In this document: positions 12,170 through 24,947 of the stretch, piece after piece | Position numbering within the stretch: the stretch's first letter is position 1 | Layout: each line of letters starts with the position of its first letter | Assembly: GCA_964016885.1 (NCBI GenBank) | Contig: OZ024747.1 | Coordinates: 40,486,001-40,550,000 of the forward strand | Origin: Eledone cirrhosa | Lineage: Eukaryota | Reading direction: 5' to 3' | DNA: 64,000 nt | Notes under the pieces: model-generated | Told to the model about the DNA's origin: nothing | The model's input: only the letters and a program-made list of their open reading frames with translations | The model's database searches: none | Program-made: the position numbers and the translations under genes

Positions 12170-13970
12170 GTTCATTAATGAAATGTCATTACGAGAGACT
12201 GATGAATGTGAAGAACAAATGGGATAGAGAGAAATTACCCTCAGTATATCCGACAGAGGGACCAGCTATTGCTATTGAGATTGACGAATATTGGGTACAA
12301 GAGGTGATTAAGGAAATGAAAAATGGTAGGGCCGCTGGACTGTCGGGGATAGTTGCTGAGATGCTGTAGGCATCAGGGAACGTAGGCACTAAACTGGTTG
12401 CACACATCATCAATCAGGCTATATAAGGCGGTGTCATACCCAAAGACTGGTGTAGCATGAATTGCTACATAGGTAAAGGGGATGCTCTGGAGAGGAGCAA
12501 TTATAGGGGCATAAAACTGGTGGCTCAGGTTATGAAAGTGGCAGAAAGGATATTAGTGCAACTAATTAGATATAAAGAGTCAAATTAGATGAGATGCAGT
12601 TTGGTTTTGTGCCTGGGAAGAGTACAACAGATGCCCTCTTCTTAGTGAGACAATTACAAGAGAGGTTCTTAGAGAAAAATAAGCCACTATACTTAGCCTT
12701 TGTTGACCTAGAGAATGCCTTTGATAGGGTACCCCGATCTGTCATCTGGTGGTCCCTAAGGAAACTAAGTGTTGAGGAATGGCTTGTGAGGATAGTACAA
12801 GCTTTGTACAGAGGTGCTTTCTGTAAAGTGAAAGTAGGAATAGAGTTTGGAGAGGAATTCCAGATACAAGTAGGAGTACATCAAGGTTCGGTCCTCAGCC
12901 TGCTCTTGTTCATTATAATCCTCCAAGCCATAACAGAGGAGTTTAAGACTGGCTGTCCATGGGAACTTCTCTATGCTGACGATCTGGTTCTTATAGTAGA
13001 ATCAGTAGAGGAGCTAGAGAATAAATTATGGCTATGGAAACAGCAGTTGGAAGCAAGAGGACTGAGAGTGAACCTAGCTAATACAAAAGTGTTGATGAGT
13101 AGTAAAGAGAACAAAACTCTGATTCCATCAGGGAAATGGCCATGTTCAATATGTAGAAAAGGAACTGGCATAAATTCTATAAAATGTACACAATGCAGAT
13201 CTTGGGTGCAGAAGAGATGTAGTGGGATAGCAGACAAACTAACAGGTAGGGAAAACTATGTATGCAGTAGATGTACAGGGAAATTTGACAGTAGTAATCG
13301 CAGTGATAGACACATTTTTCAAATGCAGATGGGTCCTATAGAAGTGGTTGATAGCTTCTGGTACTTTGTGATCAGATTAGCATGAGAGGGGGGTGTTCCG
13401 AGGCCATAGTATCTAGAATAAGGACGGGTTGGAAGAAATTTAGGGAGCTGCTTCCTCTGCTGACAAAGAAGTGTTTCTCCTTGCGTACGAAAGGCTGGTT
13501 ATATGATGCCTGTGTGAGATGCGCAATGCTGCATGGTACTGAGACATGGGCAGCAACTACAGAAGATATGCGATGGCTGGAGAGAAATGAAGCAAGTATG
13601 CTCTGTTGGATGTGCAATGTCAATGTGCGTGAACAACCAAGCATAGATGAGTTGAGAGAGAAACTGTGTATAAGAGGGATAAGTTGTGGTGTGCGGGAGA
13701 GAAGACTGAGATGATATGAACATGTGATGCACAGGGAGGATGACCGGTGGGTAAAGAAGTGCCAAGAAATCCCAGTAGAAGCAAGACGCAGTAGAGGAAG
13801 ACCACAAAAAACATGGGCGGAAGTGGTGAGAGCAGACCTCAGATAGCTGAAGCTCACGGAGGAGATGACGAAGGACCATGAAAAGTGGAGAGATGCTGTG
13901 CTGAATAGGATCCGTCTCACCCTTGCAAGCCGGGAAAAGCGGACGTAAAATGATGATGATGATGATGATG
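12170..13970 (+). pseudogene. 5'-truncated RTE-clade LINE, decayed RT ORF
   Basis: QFGFVPGKSTTDA, GVHQGSVLS, LLYADD, a Cys-rich PHD-like segment after the RT; stops and frameshifts; (ATG)n tail. Confidence 0.9.
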
Positions 13971-14739
13971 ATATATATATATATATATATACATACATGT
14001 GTGTGTGTGTTTATACAAATACAAGAACGTAAGCACAAAGTTTTCTTTTACATCTTTTAGAATAAAAAGACTATATGAAAAAAAAAACAAGAATGAATTG
14101 AGAAAAACGTTCAAACATCAAATATCATTGACAACAGAACACATAAGAAAAAGTGAAAATATTTTGTCTAATTTAATGGATACATCTTTATGGAGTAGAA
14201 AGAACAAGATCAGGACAAAGAGGAGACACGTGGAGAAGCAAGAATAGTAATTGAGAATGTCACAGTATGTGTGACAAAAGAGTTTTGATAATTAACAGCT
14301 AAACAACCAGCTGGTTACTAAACTAACTGATGAATGGATTAGTTACACCACTAGTAAACTAAAGTGAAACTTGACTGCTGCATGTGTTTTCATTGCCAGC
14401 ATAAAATTATCTATTTCAACATGATTTCACATCAAGAATAAAAAAAAAAGCAAAGCATATATATGTAATTTATCATCTCAAACTATCCATTTAATATTAT
14501 ATCATTCCTAAACTAACCAACAAAACAGTGTGGACAAAATACAAAAACTTAATGCAGACAATATATATATATGTGCATGTGTGTGAACGAAGCATGCAAA
14601 AAGAATCCAGTGAATTAGCAATGTTTTCATTTACCTCATACAAGTTCTTTTGTCAATGATACACCAAATATTCGCAAATGATAGATGGAAAATTGAAAGA
14701 AAAATAAACCAATGAATATCAGAAATACACTAAACTTAC

Positions 14740-14820
14740 CCTGAAGTGACGCAGTTTTTCTTCAAATTCAGTAATAACTGGCTTACTAGAAGTAAGCTCT
14801 TTGACAACGTCCTGAATATC
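14740..14820 (-). CDS. DNAH5: Dynein heavy chain exon (DIQDVVKELTSSKPVITEFEEKLRHFR)
   Basis: 81 bp, phase 0/0, tttag| and |gtaagt; not in the ORF track; bridges the neighbouring exons in frame. Confidence 0.85.
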
Positions 14821-14875
14821 CTAAATATATATAATCAGAGATTGAAATATAAGATATGTGTAACATATTCTAGAC

Positions 14876-15068
14876 CAGGCATGTCAAACATGTTGTCCGC
14901 GGGTCACATGCGGCCCTTTACAAGCACACCGGCGGCCCGCACAAAAGTTTTTACAGCATGTTTTATCTTCGTAATATAAAATATAAAATATTAGTTGTAA
15001 TGTGTGGCCCTCAGACAACATATATGTGACCATGGAGCCCTCAGTGGATCCTTATATTGACATGCCTG
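14876..15068. mobile_element. hAT (Charlie-like) MITE
   Basis: TIRs CAGGCATGTCAA/TTGACATGCCTG; perfect 8-bp TSD TTCTAGAC (14868-14875, 15069-15076). Confidence 0.9.
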
Positions 15069-15539
15069 TTCTAGACTATTGTATATAAAGATTTTCATTA
15101 GATTGCAGCTATACTTTCAGCAAAATTTGAGTACATATGACAGGTATTCTTGTACATTCAATTGTTTATGAGTCTATTACAATAGGACTTCTGAAATTTG
15201 ACACCTCTTAAAATCTGACATTCTTCAGAACTTTGACATCAGCCATACTCACTGAACCATAACACTCCAATTTTGTTTCTCTTCTCTCACTTTCTGACCA
15301 TCCATTTCTGGCCCCAAAATTACTATGCCTCATCACATGACTGTCATAAAACCAATAAAATTGTATTTTAAACAAATAACTTAAGCAAGAAGAAGAAGAA
15401 GAAGAAGATTCTGGTACCATAAAAAATAAGAGAACACAGCTGTAGTGGGAATGTAGACAGATTAACAGAAATGATTTTGTATGTAGCAAATGCATGGGGA
15501 TAGTTGCTATTAAGAACACCAGTGAAATATACTTCTTCT

Positions 15540-16085
15540 ATTATGGACAAGTCTCTATAGAAGTAGGTGATAGCCTCTGCTACCTAGTGACCTAGTTAGG
15601 AATGGAGTTGGCTGCTCTCAAAGCATAACAGCTAGAATATGAACATGGTGGGAAAAGTTCAGAGAGCTTCTAGCAATATTGACAACATAGAGATTCTCTC
15701 TCTGTGTGGAATGTAGATTGTATAAGAACTGCAAAGATTAGGTAATGAATTTGGAAGATAAAGGAATTGAGCATGCTCTGTTGGGTGTGTAATGTAAGTA
15801 TGCATGAAGAATGAAGCATGTATGAGCTAAAATCTAACTGAGCATAAGAAGAGACAAATGTCACATGCAGGATAGGATATTGCACTGATATAGGTATGTA
15901 TTGCATAAAGATGATGGTTGTTAGATGAAGAAGGGCCAGAAGTTCCAAGAGTAAGAGGAATCCTAATGAAGATGTCGGCAGCTAATCTCTAAAGAATATG
16001 ACAAAGGAGACAAGTGGAGAAATGCTGTACAGGAGAGGTCTCATCTAATCCATGCAAGAACAGTTAATAAAAAATGATGAGAATG
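15540..16085 (+). mobile_element. Old RTE LINE 3' fragment
   Basis: Diverged similarity to 13330-13970. Confidence 0.55.
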
Positions 16086-17233
16086 ATCTCTCCATGCCAA
16101 CTCTGTGATGCTAGATTGTTGGGGGCATGTGATATATGTGCTCCTTTCTTGGTTCCTTCACATACTGATTCTAAGAGAGACAGGGAAAGAAAGAATTACA
16201 GACAGACAGGCAGAGGAGAAATTGATTTTAGTGTTTGACTGGTGTTTCATTTATTAACCCTAAAAGATGAAGGGTAAAGCTGCCCTTGTTGGGATTTGAA
16301 CTCAGAGCATAGAATCAGAATTGATACTGCGAAGTATTCTATCCAGCACCAATTTGCCTCCCATGAGGATAATAAGAAATATCATTAAATAAACAATTTT
16401 GTATCATAGAACCTGAGACATTTTCAAGCAGTTTGATATAAAAATGGTTAAAAGCAATATAATTATTCATCATATTAAGTATAGGAAAACATGAATATGA
16501 ATGAATTCTTAAAATTCCAGGATTTCCAGTATCCATTCTCTGAAGCTAGGTAAGCAAAGTATTGCTCTAGTGCATGTCTAACTTTTTATTTTCCCTAGCC
16601 ATGTTATTAATGTTCAGTATCAGAATCACTACATTCCTTCGATTTCTAAATGTATACTTCACTGAGGAGGTTTAATAAGGCCAAAACATGTCTGTTGCTT
16701 TCATGAGTTCGTTTTAAAGATAGGGTCTGCTCCCGTCTGCATTATCTATATTATCCAAAAGTTTCAATGAACTAATCTTATTATAGTTATTTCCTTTACT
16801 TGTATTTTTATAGATTTTTAACGCCCATAAAGTGAGGTTTTGCATACTAATTGCTTTTCATTTCACTGTATTACACACAAAAATCTCTCCAGTGTTTGTG
16901 TTTAGTATACAGAACATTTACAGATATTTTCTTTTAGCTATACTGTTGATATTCATAATCAATGTCACTGCATTTCCTCTATCTAGAAGAATATTGATCA
17001 AGGTTTTTCAGCTCATATTACATATATTAAACCCTAATGTATAATTTTCTCTATAATGATTAAGTTAGATTTCACAGAAATCTTTAAAAAATGCATGAGT
17101 TTGAAATTAACATAACTGTAAAACTCAAGTAACCTAAGTCAGTTTATATTTATTTAATACATCCTTCTACAAATATGCTTAGATTTCACTAGATTAGTTT
17201 TGATATGAAGTAAATATAACTTCTTATATTTCA

Positions 17234-17435
17234 GAGGGTTGCTGAAAAGTTCATTGGATGACCAAGATATTCTCGTGGAATGATCAAATGATGTTTATTT
17301 TTTAGCATAGTCTCTGGAAAGAAACAATGCAATACAGTTATTAATAACAACAGTTGAAATTAATGCTTGCAAGATTTCACAGCTCTAGCATTACTTTTTC
17401 ATCGTCAGCCTATGAATTTTTCTGCCGACCCTCAT
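17234..17435. mobile_element. Degenerate mariner-like MITE
   Basis: Imperfect TIRs gagggttgctgaaaagttcat / atgaatttttctgccgaccctc. Confidence 0.5.
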
Positions 17436-17502
17436 AACATTACTAAAGTATTTCTTTTTTTTAATAGTTTAGTAAACAAAAAGAAAAAAGAATGACTTAT
17501 AC

Positions 17503-17709
17503 CCGACTCCAAAGTTCTGAATATTTTGAAAACATCTTTAGAATCTGATGAACATTTGGTTTCATGATGGTAAGTGTAGAGTTTAATTGCATAACAATCT
17601 TCACAATGTCTTTATGCTCACTGATTATTTTGAAGAATGTCTTTGGATCAGATACTGTTTTTAACACTTCGTCTCCATTGTCTAATATTTCTTGCTCAGT
17701 TGGTTCAGG
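17503..17709 (-). CDS. DNAH5: Dynein heavy chain exon (PEPTEQEILDNG...FFKIISEHKDIVKIV...YSELWSR)
   Basis: 207 bp, phase 0/0, atccag| and |gtataagt; resembles DNAH5 YYKNVSENKEIVKLV; not in the ORF track. Confidence 0.85.
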
Positions 17710-18427
17710 CTGGATTTAAAAATGAACAATATCTTTGGAAAAGCACACAAAACAGTAAATGAAGATGTTGCCAAATACATATAAATGTAAATTAAATTAA
17801 AGAGCTAATCTTTAAATCGGACCAAGAAAACCTTGTTTCTATTGGTCTTTCATTGCTGATACTATTTGTTGGCTACCACTCCTTTCAGAAGCATCACCAA
17901 TTTTCTGGTAACAGAAGATGAGATTTGAACTCAAAACATACAAAGCTGGAACAGATGCTGCTAAGCATTCAGTTAATGCTTTAACAATTCTGCCAGTCCA
18001 CCAGCCCTGAACAGGTACTTCTTTTATCTATCCCAAAAATATGATGGGCAAATTAACCTTTGTGAGATTTTAACTCAGAATGTAGAGGACCAGAACAAAT
18101 GCCTCAAAGTATTTAAACCAACACTTTTATAACGCTGCCAATTTACAATAAAGATATATATATAAGTGATATAGGAAAAGATTTTAAAAGCATCAATGTT
18201 TCTTGTTAAGATTTCACAGTTTCTTATGCAGAGGGGAATTTAAGCTTCAGAATCATAATTCAATGGAACTACATTGAATTATATTGGATACATAACTCAT
18301 AGTATGCAATCTTAAAGTTCTGAATGTGGCTTCACCTTAATTTTTCAGCCCAATAAATTCATCATAAAAAGTACTAGGGAAATAATTGAAGAAATTAGGT
18401 CAATGCACCCATGGTCTCTATAAAGTG

Positions 18428-18481
<54 letters not shown>

Positions 18482-19249
18482 CTAGTGCCATGACACATGA
18501 ACCCATTACACCGGATTCTTTGTTTTACCATTCTTCATGCATAGTACATGAAGATTTCTAGGTGTTCCCACTCGTGAACAATCTACATATAACTGTGGTA
18601 AAAACCAATTCTCTCATATTTAATCCTACAACTTTGAGACTTTGAGACTCTGATCCTGGGCTTTATTTTTTGTTATAGCAAAACTGTCTCTAAAATGAAA
18701 TGGAAGTCTTTAAGATTTAAACAGCATCCAGTATAGGAAGAGATAAGAAAAGTCTTGGGAATAAAAGCATCCTTGATGATTGCCTCCAAGAATAGTGACT
18801 TCTAGGAGATGGTTCATCACCCACCTGACTGTAAAACGTGTGGCATTGCATAGATGTGGCAGGTTCAAGTTTCTCAAAAGGATGATGGTAGTTCAAATCT
18901 TTTATATATTATATATTTTATATATTATAGATAATTATATATAAATGTGTGTGTGTGTGTGTGTGTGCGCGCGTAAACCAGCATTTAATTCCAAAGAGAC
19001 ACTGGTCGCAAAATAGGAGCATTGATGACACTGAAGGGAGGATCCTTTATGGTTTTCTCCCAGCCTGCTAGAAATAACAGTTGGGTTGGTTGGCATACCC
19101 AACATATTTTTCTTCTTTGATGTTATAAAAGGAGTATCTATATTAGTATACTCATATTCCATTAGTGTACTTACATTTCGATTGTCAGTTTTCGTTTTTG
19201 TGTGATGTGCTAATACACCAAACAACAAATATCTCTCTTTTATATTATT

Positions 19250-19288
<39 letters not shown>

Positions 19289-19679
19289 GTGGGGGGGGGG
19301 GGAGAAATAGGCATTGATATTGATACATTTATGTATAATGTCCAATATATATATATATATATGTGTGTGTGTGTATATATATATAAACAACTCATTTTCT
19401 TTTCGAATTCTCTTGAATTTGGTGAAATTCAGACAACCATTAACTAAAGTGCTTTTATTTAGCCAAGAATATTTAAGAAATGTAGATATGAATAAATATA
19501 TTGATTTCTAACTGAGACACAATGCCATGCCTTTTGGCTGCAGAGTGTAGAGCTTTATATTGTCTTTAAGACTTGACTGTTATTTACACAGAAGATTGAT
19601 AATGTAAGACCACAAAGAGAATTTCATTAATTCTTAAGCAACAGTTTCAGCTACATACTTATCCATACTTTTTAATTTA

Positions 19680-20008
19680 TAGAAGATTCGACTTCCCACG
19701 GGTACAAGCTGAACCTGAAGCATATAGACAATATGCCCCCACACCCCACCACTGCAAAGTGGTTGTGGAGGTGCCACAGCAAAAAAGCACTCCCCAGCCC
19801 ACACAGTAAAGTGAATATGTTGGCGCCACAGAAAAAAAAGCACCCAGCACTCACTGTAAAGGAGGTTGGTGTTAGGAAGGGCATCCAGCTGTAGAAATTA
19901 AGCCAGAATCAGTTCCCGTATGAGCAAGACAAGGTCAGCCACTGGACTCTGCCCACAACAGGACAACCCATTAACCCATGCTAGCATTGAAGAACGGACA
20001 TAACATGG

Positions 20009-20042
<34 letters not shown>
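19680..20042 (+). mobile_element. Family B SINE 3' portion with long (GAT)n tail
   Basis: ggaagggcatccagctgtagaa core; reverse-complement similarity to 5910-6285. Confidence 0.7.
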
Positions 20043-20044
<2 letters not shown>

Positions 20045-20529
20045 GTGGTGAATTGGCTGAGCTATTAGAATGCCAGATAGAATGTATGGCATTCATTCCT
20101 ACTCTCTGTGCTCTAAGTTCAAAACCCACTAAGGTTAGCTTTGCTTTTCATCCTTTCAGTGTTGATGAAAAAAGTACTAGTCCAGTATTGCAGTCTTCCT
20201 CTATATTACATTATCACTTCCCCCCTCTCTCTCTCTCTCCCTTCATCATCATCATTATCATCATTTAACATCTATTTTCCAAACTAGCATGGATTAAAGA
20301 TGTTGTTTTGTTGTCAGCTCAGGTGACTGTGTTTTGCTCATACGGAACTGTTTCTGGCTAAGTTTCTATGGGTGGATGCCCTTCCTTCAGACTAAGGGAA
20401 GGAACAAGCTCCACCAGGTTCAAAATGTCCAAGACACACACTGTTACTACAACATCCCAATGATTCCTTCAGGAAGTTCATGCATAGAATTTATACTCCC
20501 AACCATCCCTAGAGACCATAACAAAATAA

Positions 20530-20692
20530 TTGTTTCTACTTTAGGCACAAGGCCAGCAATTACCCAGTGCATTACTGGTACTTTATTTTATCGACCCCGT
20601 AAGGATGAAAGGCAAAGTCAACCTCGGCGGGATTTGAACTCAGATCGTAAAGGGACGTAACTATGCTGGAAAGCATGGCGTCCGACCCTCTA
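20530..20692 (-). mobile_element. Family A SINE with TSD caaaataat
   Basis: Shared core and flanking direct repeat. Confidence 0.8.
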
Positions 20693-21091
20693 CAAAATAA
20701 TGTTATATTGATGATTGCTATCATTGCACTGCGGTCATCCTCATCGTTACCCCATGAAAGATTGCACTAACATCAGAAACAAAAGTTTTTGGTCTAGTAA
20801 ATGTATATAGGCCCTTAACTCCTGATGGAGCCCGTCCCCTCCCTAGGTCAATTTCTTTTAGAAGAGAGAGAGAGTGAAAAGAGATGAAGTGATAAAGGAA
20901 GAATTGGATCCAGACTGGTACTTTTCTATAGACCTCAAAAGTATGAAAGGCGAAGTTGATCTCATTGGGATTTGAACTCAAAGTGCAGAGTGCCAGAACA
21001 AATACTGCAAAGCATTCACTCCAATATTCTAATGAATCTGCCAATTCACTGCCCTGTCTAGTAACTAATAGTTTTTGAATAAATTGTCTAC

Positions 21092-21333
21092 CACAGCTGA
21101 TGCAAAATGCCTCCACGGTTCAATATCCTGAGCCATATTGATGATGATGTTCACTGCTCTGTTAAGTCCATGCTGTAGTTCATCAAGGCTAGGTTTAAGG
21201 ATTACATCTGGAATTTCAAGTACTATGTCACTTTTAAATAAGGCTGGCTGTAAGTTGGCTTTTGCTTCAGTTTTGTATTGAGTGCTGTTGCTCTGTAGTG
21301 TTTTTTTTAAAGAATGAAGTGTCATACGAGTAC
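21092..21333 (-). CDS. DNAH5: Dynein heavy chain exon (TRMTLHSLKK...LFKSDIVLEIPDVILKPSLDELQHGLNRAV...WRHFASAV)
   Basis: 242 bp, phase 1/0, ttttag| and |gtagac; resembles DNAH5 [30 protein letters not shown]. Confidence 0.88.
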
Positions 21334-21395
21334 CTAAAAATACAATGACAATAACATTGGTAAATGGGATTATACCATTAATATTAATAATGAAG

Positions 21396-21700
21396 ATAAT
21401 AATAATAATAATAATGATTTCTTTATTGACCACAAAGGGTTTACATCAAGAACAAAGTTATGACAGCGCAGGAGGAAAACATAGAGTGCGTATATTTGTG
21501 AATGTGGGTTTTGTGTGTAAACAAATTTTAATAATGTTAAAAAAGAGGAAGATAATAAAATTGAAAGAAAGGAGGTTTCTCAGTAGGAAGGAGATGTTCG
21601 GGGGCTGCTCGTGTCATGCCCACCCCTCTCACCCACCTTTCAACAAATTGCTTTTAAGGCAGCACTTCACTTTCCACCATGATTTTCCACTTCAATAGTG
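21396..21700 (-). mobile_element. 5'-truncated Tx1-like LINE 3' end inserted in a SINE (ATT)n tail
   Basis: Reverse complement tgtaaaccctttgtggtcaataaagaaatc(att)n matches the 3' end of the full-length Tx1 copies. Confidence 0.7.
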
Positions 21701-22072
21701 ATAATAATAATAATAATTGTTTCTACTTTTGGCACAAGGCCAGCAATTACCCAGTACATTACTGGTACTTTATTTTATCGACCTCGTAAGGATGAAAGGC
21801 AAAGTTGACCTCAGCGGGATTTGAACTCAGAATGGAAATGGCCGTAACTCTAATGATTTCTAGTATTGGCACAAGGCCAGTAATTTGGGGGAAGGGAAAA
21901 GTCAATTAAATCAACCCCAGTACGTTATTGCTACTTTATTTTATCGACCCCGTAAGGATGAAAGGCAAAGTTAACCTCAGCAGAATTTGAACTCAGACCA
22001 TAAAGGACCGTAACTCTATGCTGCAAAGCATGGTGTCCGACTCTCTACCGATACTGCCAATCCACCGCCCTA
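21701..22072 (-). mobile_element. Two adjacent family A SINEs
   Basis: Two shared cores. Confidence 0.75.
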
Positions 22073-22885
22073 ACAATAACAATAACAATAATAATAATAA
22101 GGGATTCTAACATTGGCCAGAAATGTTGGGAGAGGGTAAAGTCAATTATATTGATTCCAATAATTGACTGCAACTTATTTTATTGATCCTTGAAGGATAA
22201 AAAGCAAAGTTAACCATGACAGGATTTGAACTCAGAATGTAAAGACTCATAACAAAATAATGCAATGTATTTCATCCGATGCTCTAGCCATTCTGCCAAT
22301 TGACTGCCCTTTATAATACCAAAGAGTGAAGACCTGTGTCCAAGTGGTAAGGGTGTTGGACTTACGATCATAATACCATGGGTTTGATTCTAGACTGGGT
22401 TGTATGTTGTGTTCTTGAGCAAAATACTTCATTTAATGTTGCTGAAATATACTCAGCTGGTAATCAGTACCAGTAATAGTTGGAGGCTTAACCCTATAAT
22501 GGATTGGTGCCCTGTTCAGGGAAAGTTTTGTACTCTCAGTCGCTTAATGCTATGGAAACCATGATAAGCACCAGCTTGGTGAGCCCCAGGTTTGAGATAG
22601 ACTTTAGACTTAGACTAGATCTTTATAATATCAATCAAGATTTTTTTTCAGTTGTGTTAAAGACATGGAGACTGCACAACAACTGATGCCTCAATAAAAT
22701 GCATGATACACTCTGTAGAGTGTATCATGCATTTTAGTTAAATGTATCTCCTGGCCCTTCTGAGAAATTGGTGGCTCTGATGAAATACTGACTTAGTCAA
22801 TGAGGACCTGTCCAACTCTCGCTAGCAGGAAAAGCAGATATTAAATCCTGCTGCTGATGATGATGCTGATGATGATGATGCTGAT

Positions 22886-23037
<152 letters not shown>

Positions 23038-23256
23038 GCTAACATTTCTTTATCATAAACCTAAACAAACAATACATATGGTTGAAAGAATTTAATCTGA
23101 CTTTAAGTATTGAAGTATTTGACTAGTAATATAGTATAATACTAATGGTATATAAACCTTCCTTCTATAGTTTATAGGATCAACACATTAACAAAGGCAC
23201 ATGGGCCGCACAGTTCAACATAAGTGAGTAATAAATATATAAACAGCTTTACTTAC

Positions 23257-23477
23257 TCTTCACAAGTGAATCAGTGTTTTTTTGAGTGAAATAAACAAGC
23301 ATGTTATGGTAACCACAAGCCAGGCATTCATTACATGGCTGATTTTTATACTTGATATCTGGATTGCTACAAGGGTAACCATTCTCAGCAATAAGAGTTT
23401 TCTTCACATCTTGACTCAAGTTTGACTTCAATAGGTCAAACAGCTCCCCAACAGACATTTCAATTAATTTACTTGAA
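23257..23477 (-). CDS. DNAH5: Dynein heavy chain exon, first in window (SSKLIEMSVGELFDLL...YFTQKNTDSLVK)
   Basis: 221 bp, phase 2/1, ttattccag| and |gtaagt; phase matches the next exon; resembles DNAH5 SSLVEEAVNELVNML. Confidence 0.85.
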
Positions 23478-23547
23478 CTGGAATAAAGTATAACATAATT
23501 GTTATAATGGAAGCATGGTTACAAAGTTACAAATGGCAAAGTTTGAA

Positions 23548-23705
23548 AATTAAAATAGAAATAGAAGGCTTCACCATAACATTTGACTAAATAAAATAGT
23601 CTAACAATGGGGTGTATGAACCCACCGATACCCATCGTTTTCTGATTAGACTGTTTTATTTAGTCAAATCTTACAATGAAACCTTCTATTTCTTTTCCAA
23701 TTTTT
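23548..23705. repeat. Imperfect inverted repeat (~50-bp arms), related to 4940-5040
   Basis: gaaatagaagg...tttgactaaataaaatagtctaa / ttagactgttttatttagtcaaa...ccttctatttc. Confidence 0.65.
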
Positions 23706-24721
23706 AATTATAATTATTTTCGGATTAGCAGTATTGGTAGAGCATACATGCTTTGCAGCATAGTTATAGCCCTTTACATTGTGAGTTCAAATTCCACCGA
23801 AGTCAACTTTACGTTTCATCCTTACAGGGTCGATAAAATAAATTACCAGTAATGCACTGGGATAATTGCTGGCCTTGTGCCAAAAAAGTAGAAACAATTA
23901 TAATTATTATATAGCTGAAGGTGGTGAATTGGCAGAGCCATTAGAATGGCAGATAGACTGGCAGATAGAATGGTTGAGCCATTAGAATGGCAGATAGACT
24001 GCTCTGTGGTATTTATTTCAACTCTCTGCTCTCTCAGTTCAAAACCCACCGAGGTCTTATTTGGCTTTCATCCATTCAAAGGCAATGAAACAATACCAGT
24101 CAAGTACTGGGTTGATTCTTCTTCTATATCTCATTCTCACTTCCATTCTTCCACTCTCTATCATTCACTGGGAGAAATCTACTGTATTCAGACCTGGAGA
24201 GGAAATGGACTCTGCCAGGTTTAAAAAATGCCCTAGAAAGGTGTATGTCAGTGTGGCACCTCTATGCCCCCGCAGGTGTTAGGATACCATACATACATAC
24301 ACACATATATAGCTGAAATTATAATAAATAGATAATAGGAGGTTTGGGGATATGTTTCTTTATTTTTAATCAATAAGATTAATAAAACACAAAATGAGAC
24401 CAAATGTCATTTGCTAAGAGATACATTTATATTAATGAATAGGCACAGATATGGCTGTGTAATTAGGACATTTGCTTCAAAACTATTTGGTTTGAGGTTC
24501 AGTCCCACTGCATGGTGACTTGGAATAGTGCCTTCTATATCCTCAGATTGATCAATGTTTTGTGAATGGAATTTGGTGGACAGAAACTATGTGGAAGCCC
24601 ATTTTATCAGTGTGTGTGTGTCTGGCTAGTAGTTGGGGAGTGTTTGGAAAGATAAATCGATAAGATAAACACCAGATATGAAAACATAATTACTGGACTT
24701 CATATGATTGACTAAATTCCT

Positions 24722-24947
24722 TTAACCCTTTAACATTTACATCACTCTACATATACTATTGTGTTTTCATTGTAAAAGCTTTACCTTACATAATTATCTC
24801 ACATAATATCAAATCTATGAGATGTTGATATTTATTTTGAGAACAATACTTTAACATCAGTATGAAGGGCTAGTTATGGCTGGTTTGAACAAAGAGTGGT
24901 GAAAGAATTCTGGCCAGATATGGTCAGTTTAAATGGTAATGGGTTAA
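24722..24947. mobile_element. piggyBac-like MITE
   Basis: TTAA|CCCTTTAACATTTA ... TAAATGGTAATGGG|TTAA. Confidence 0.6.
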
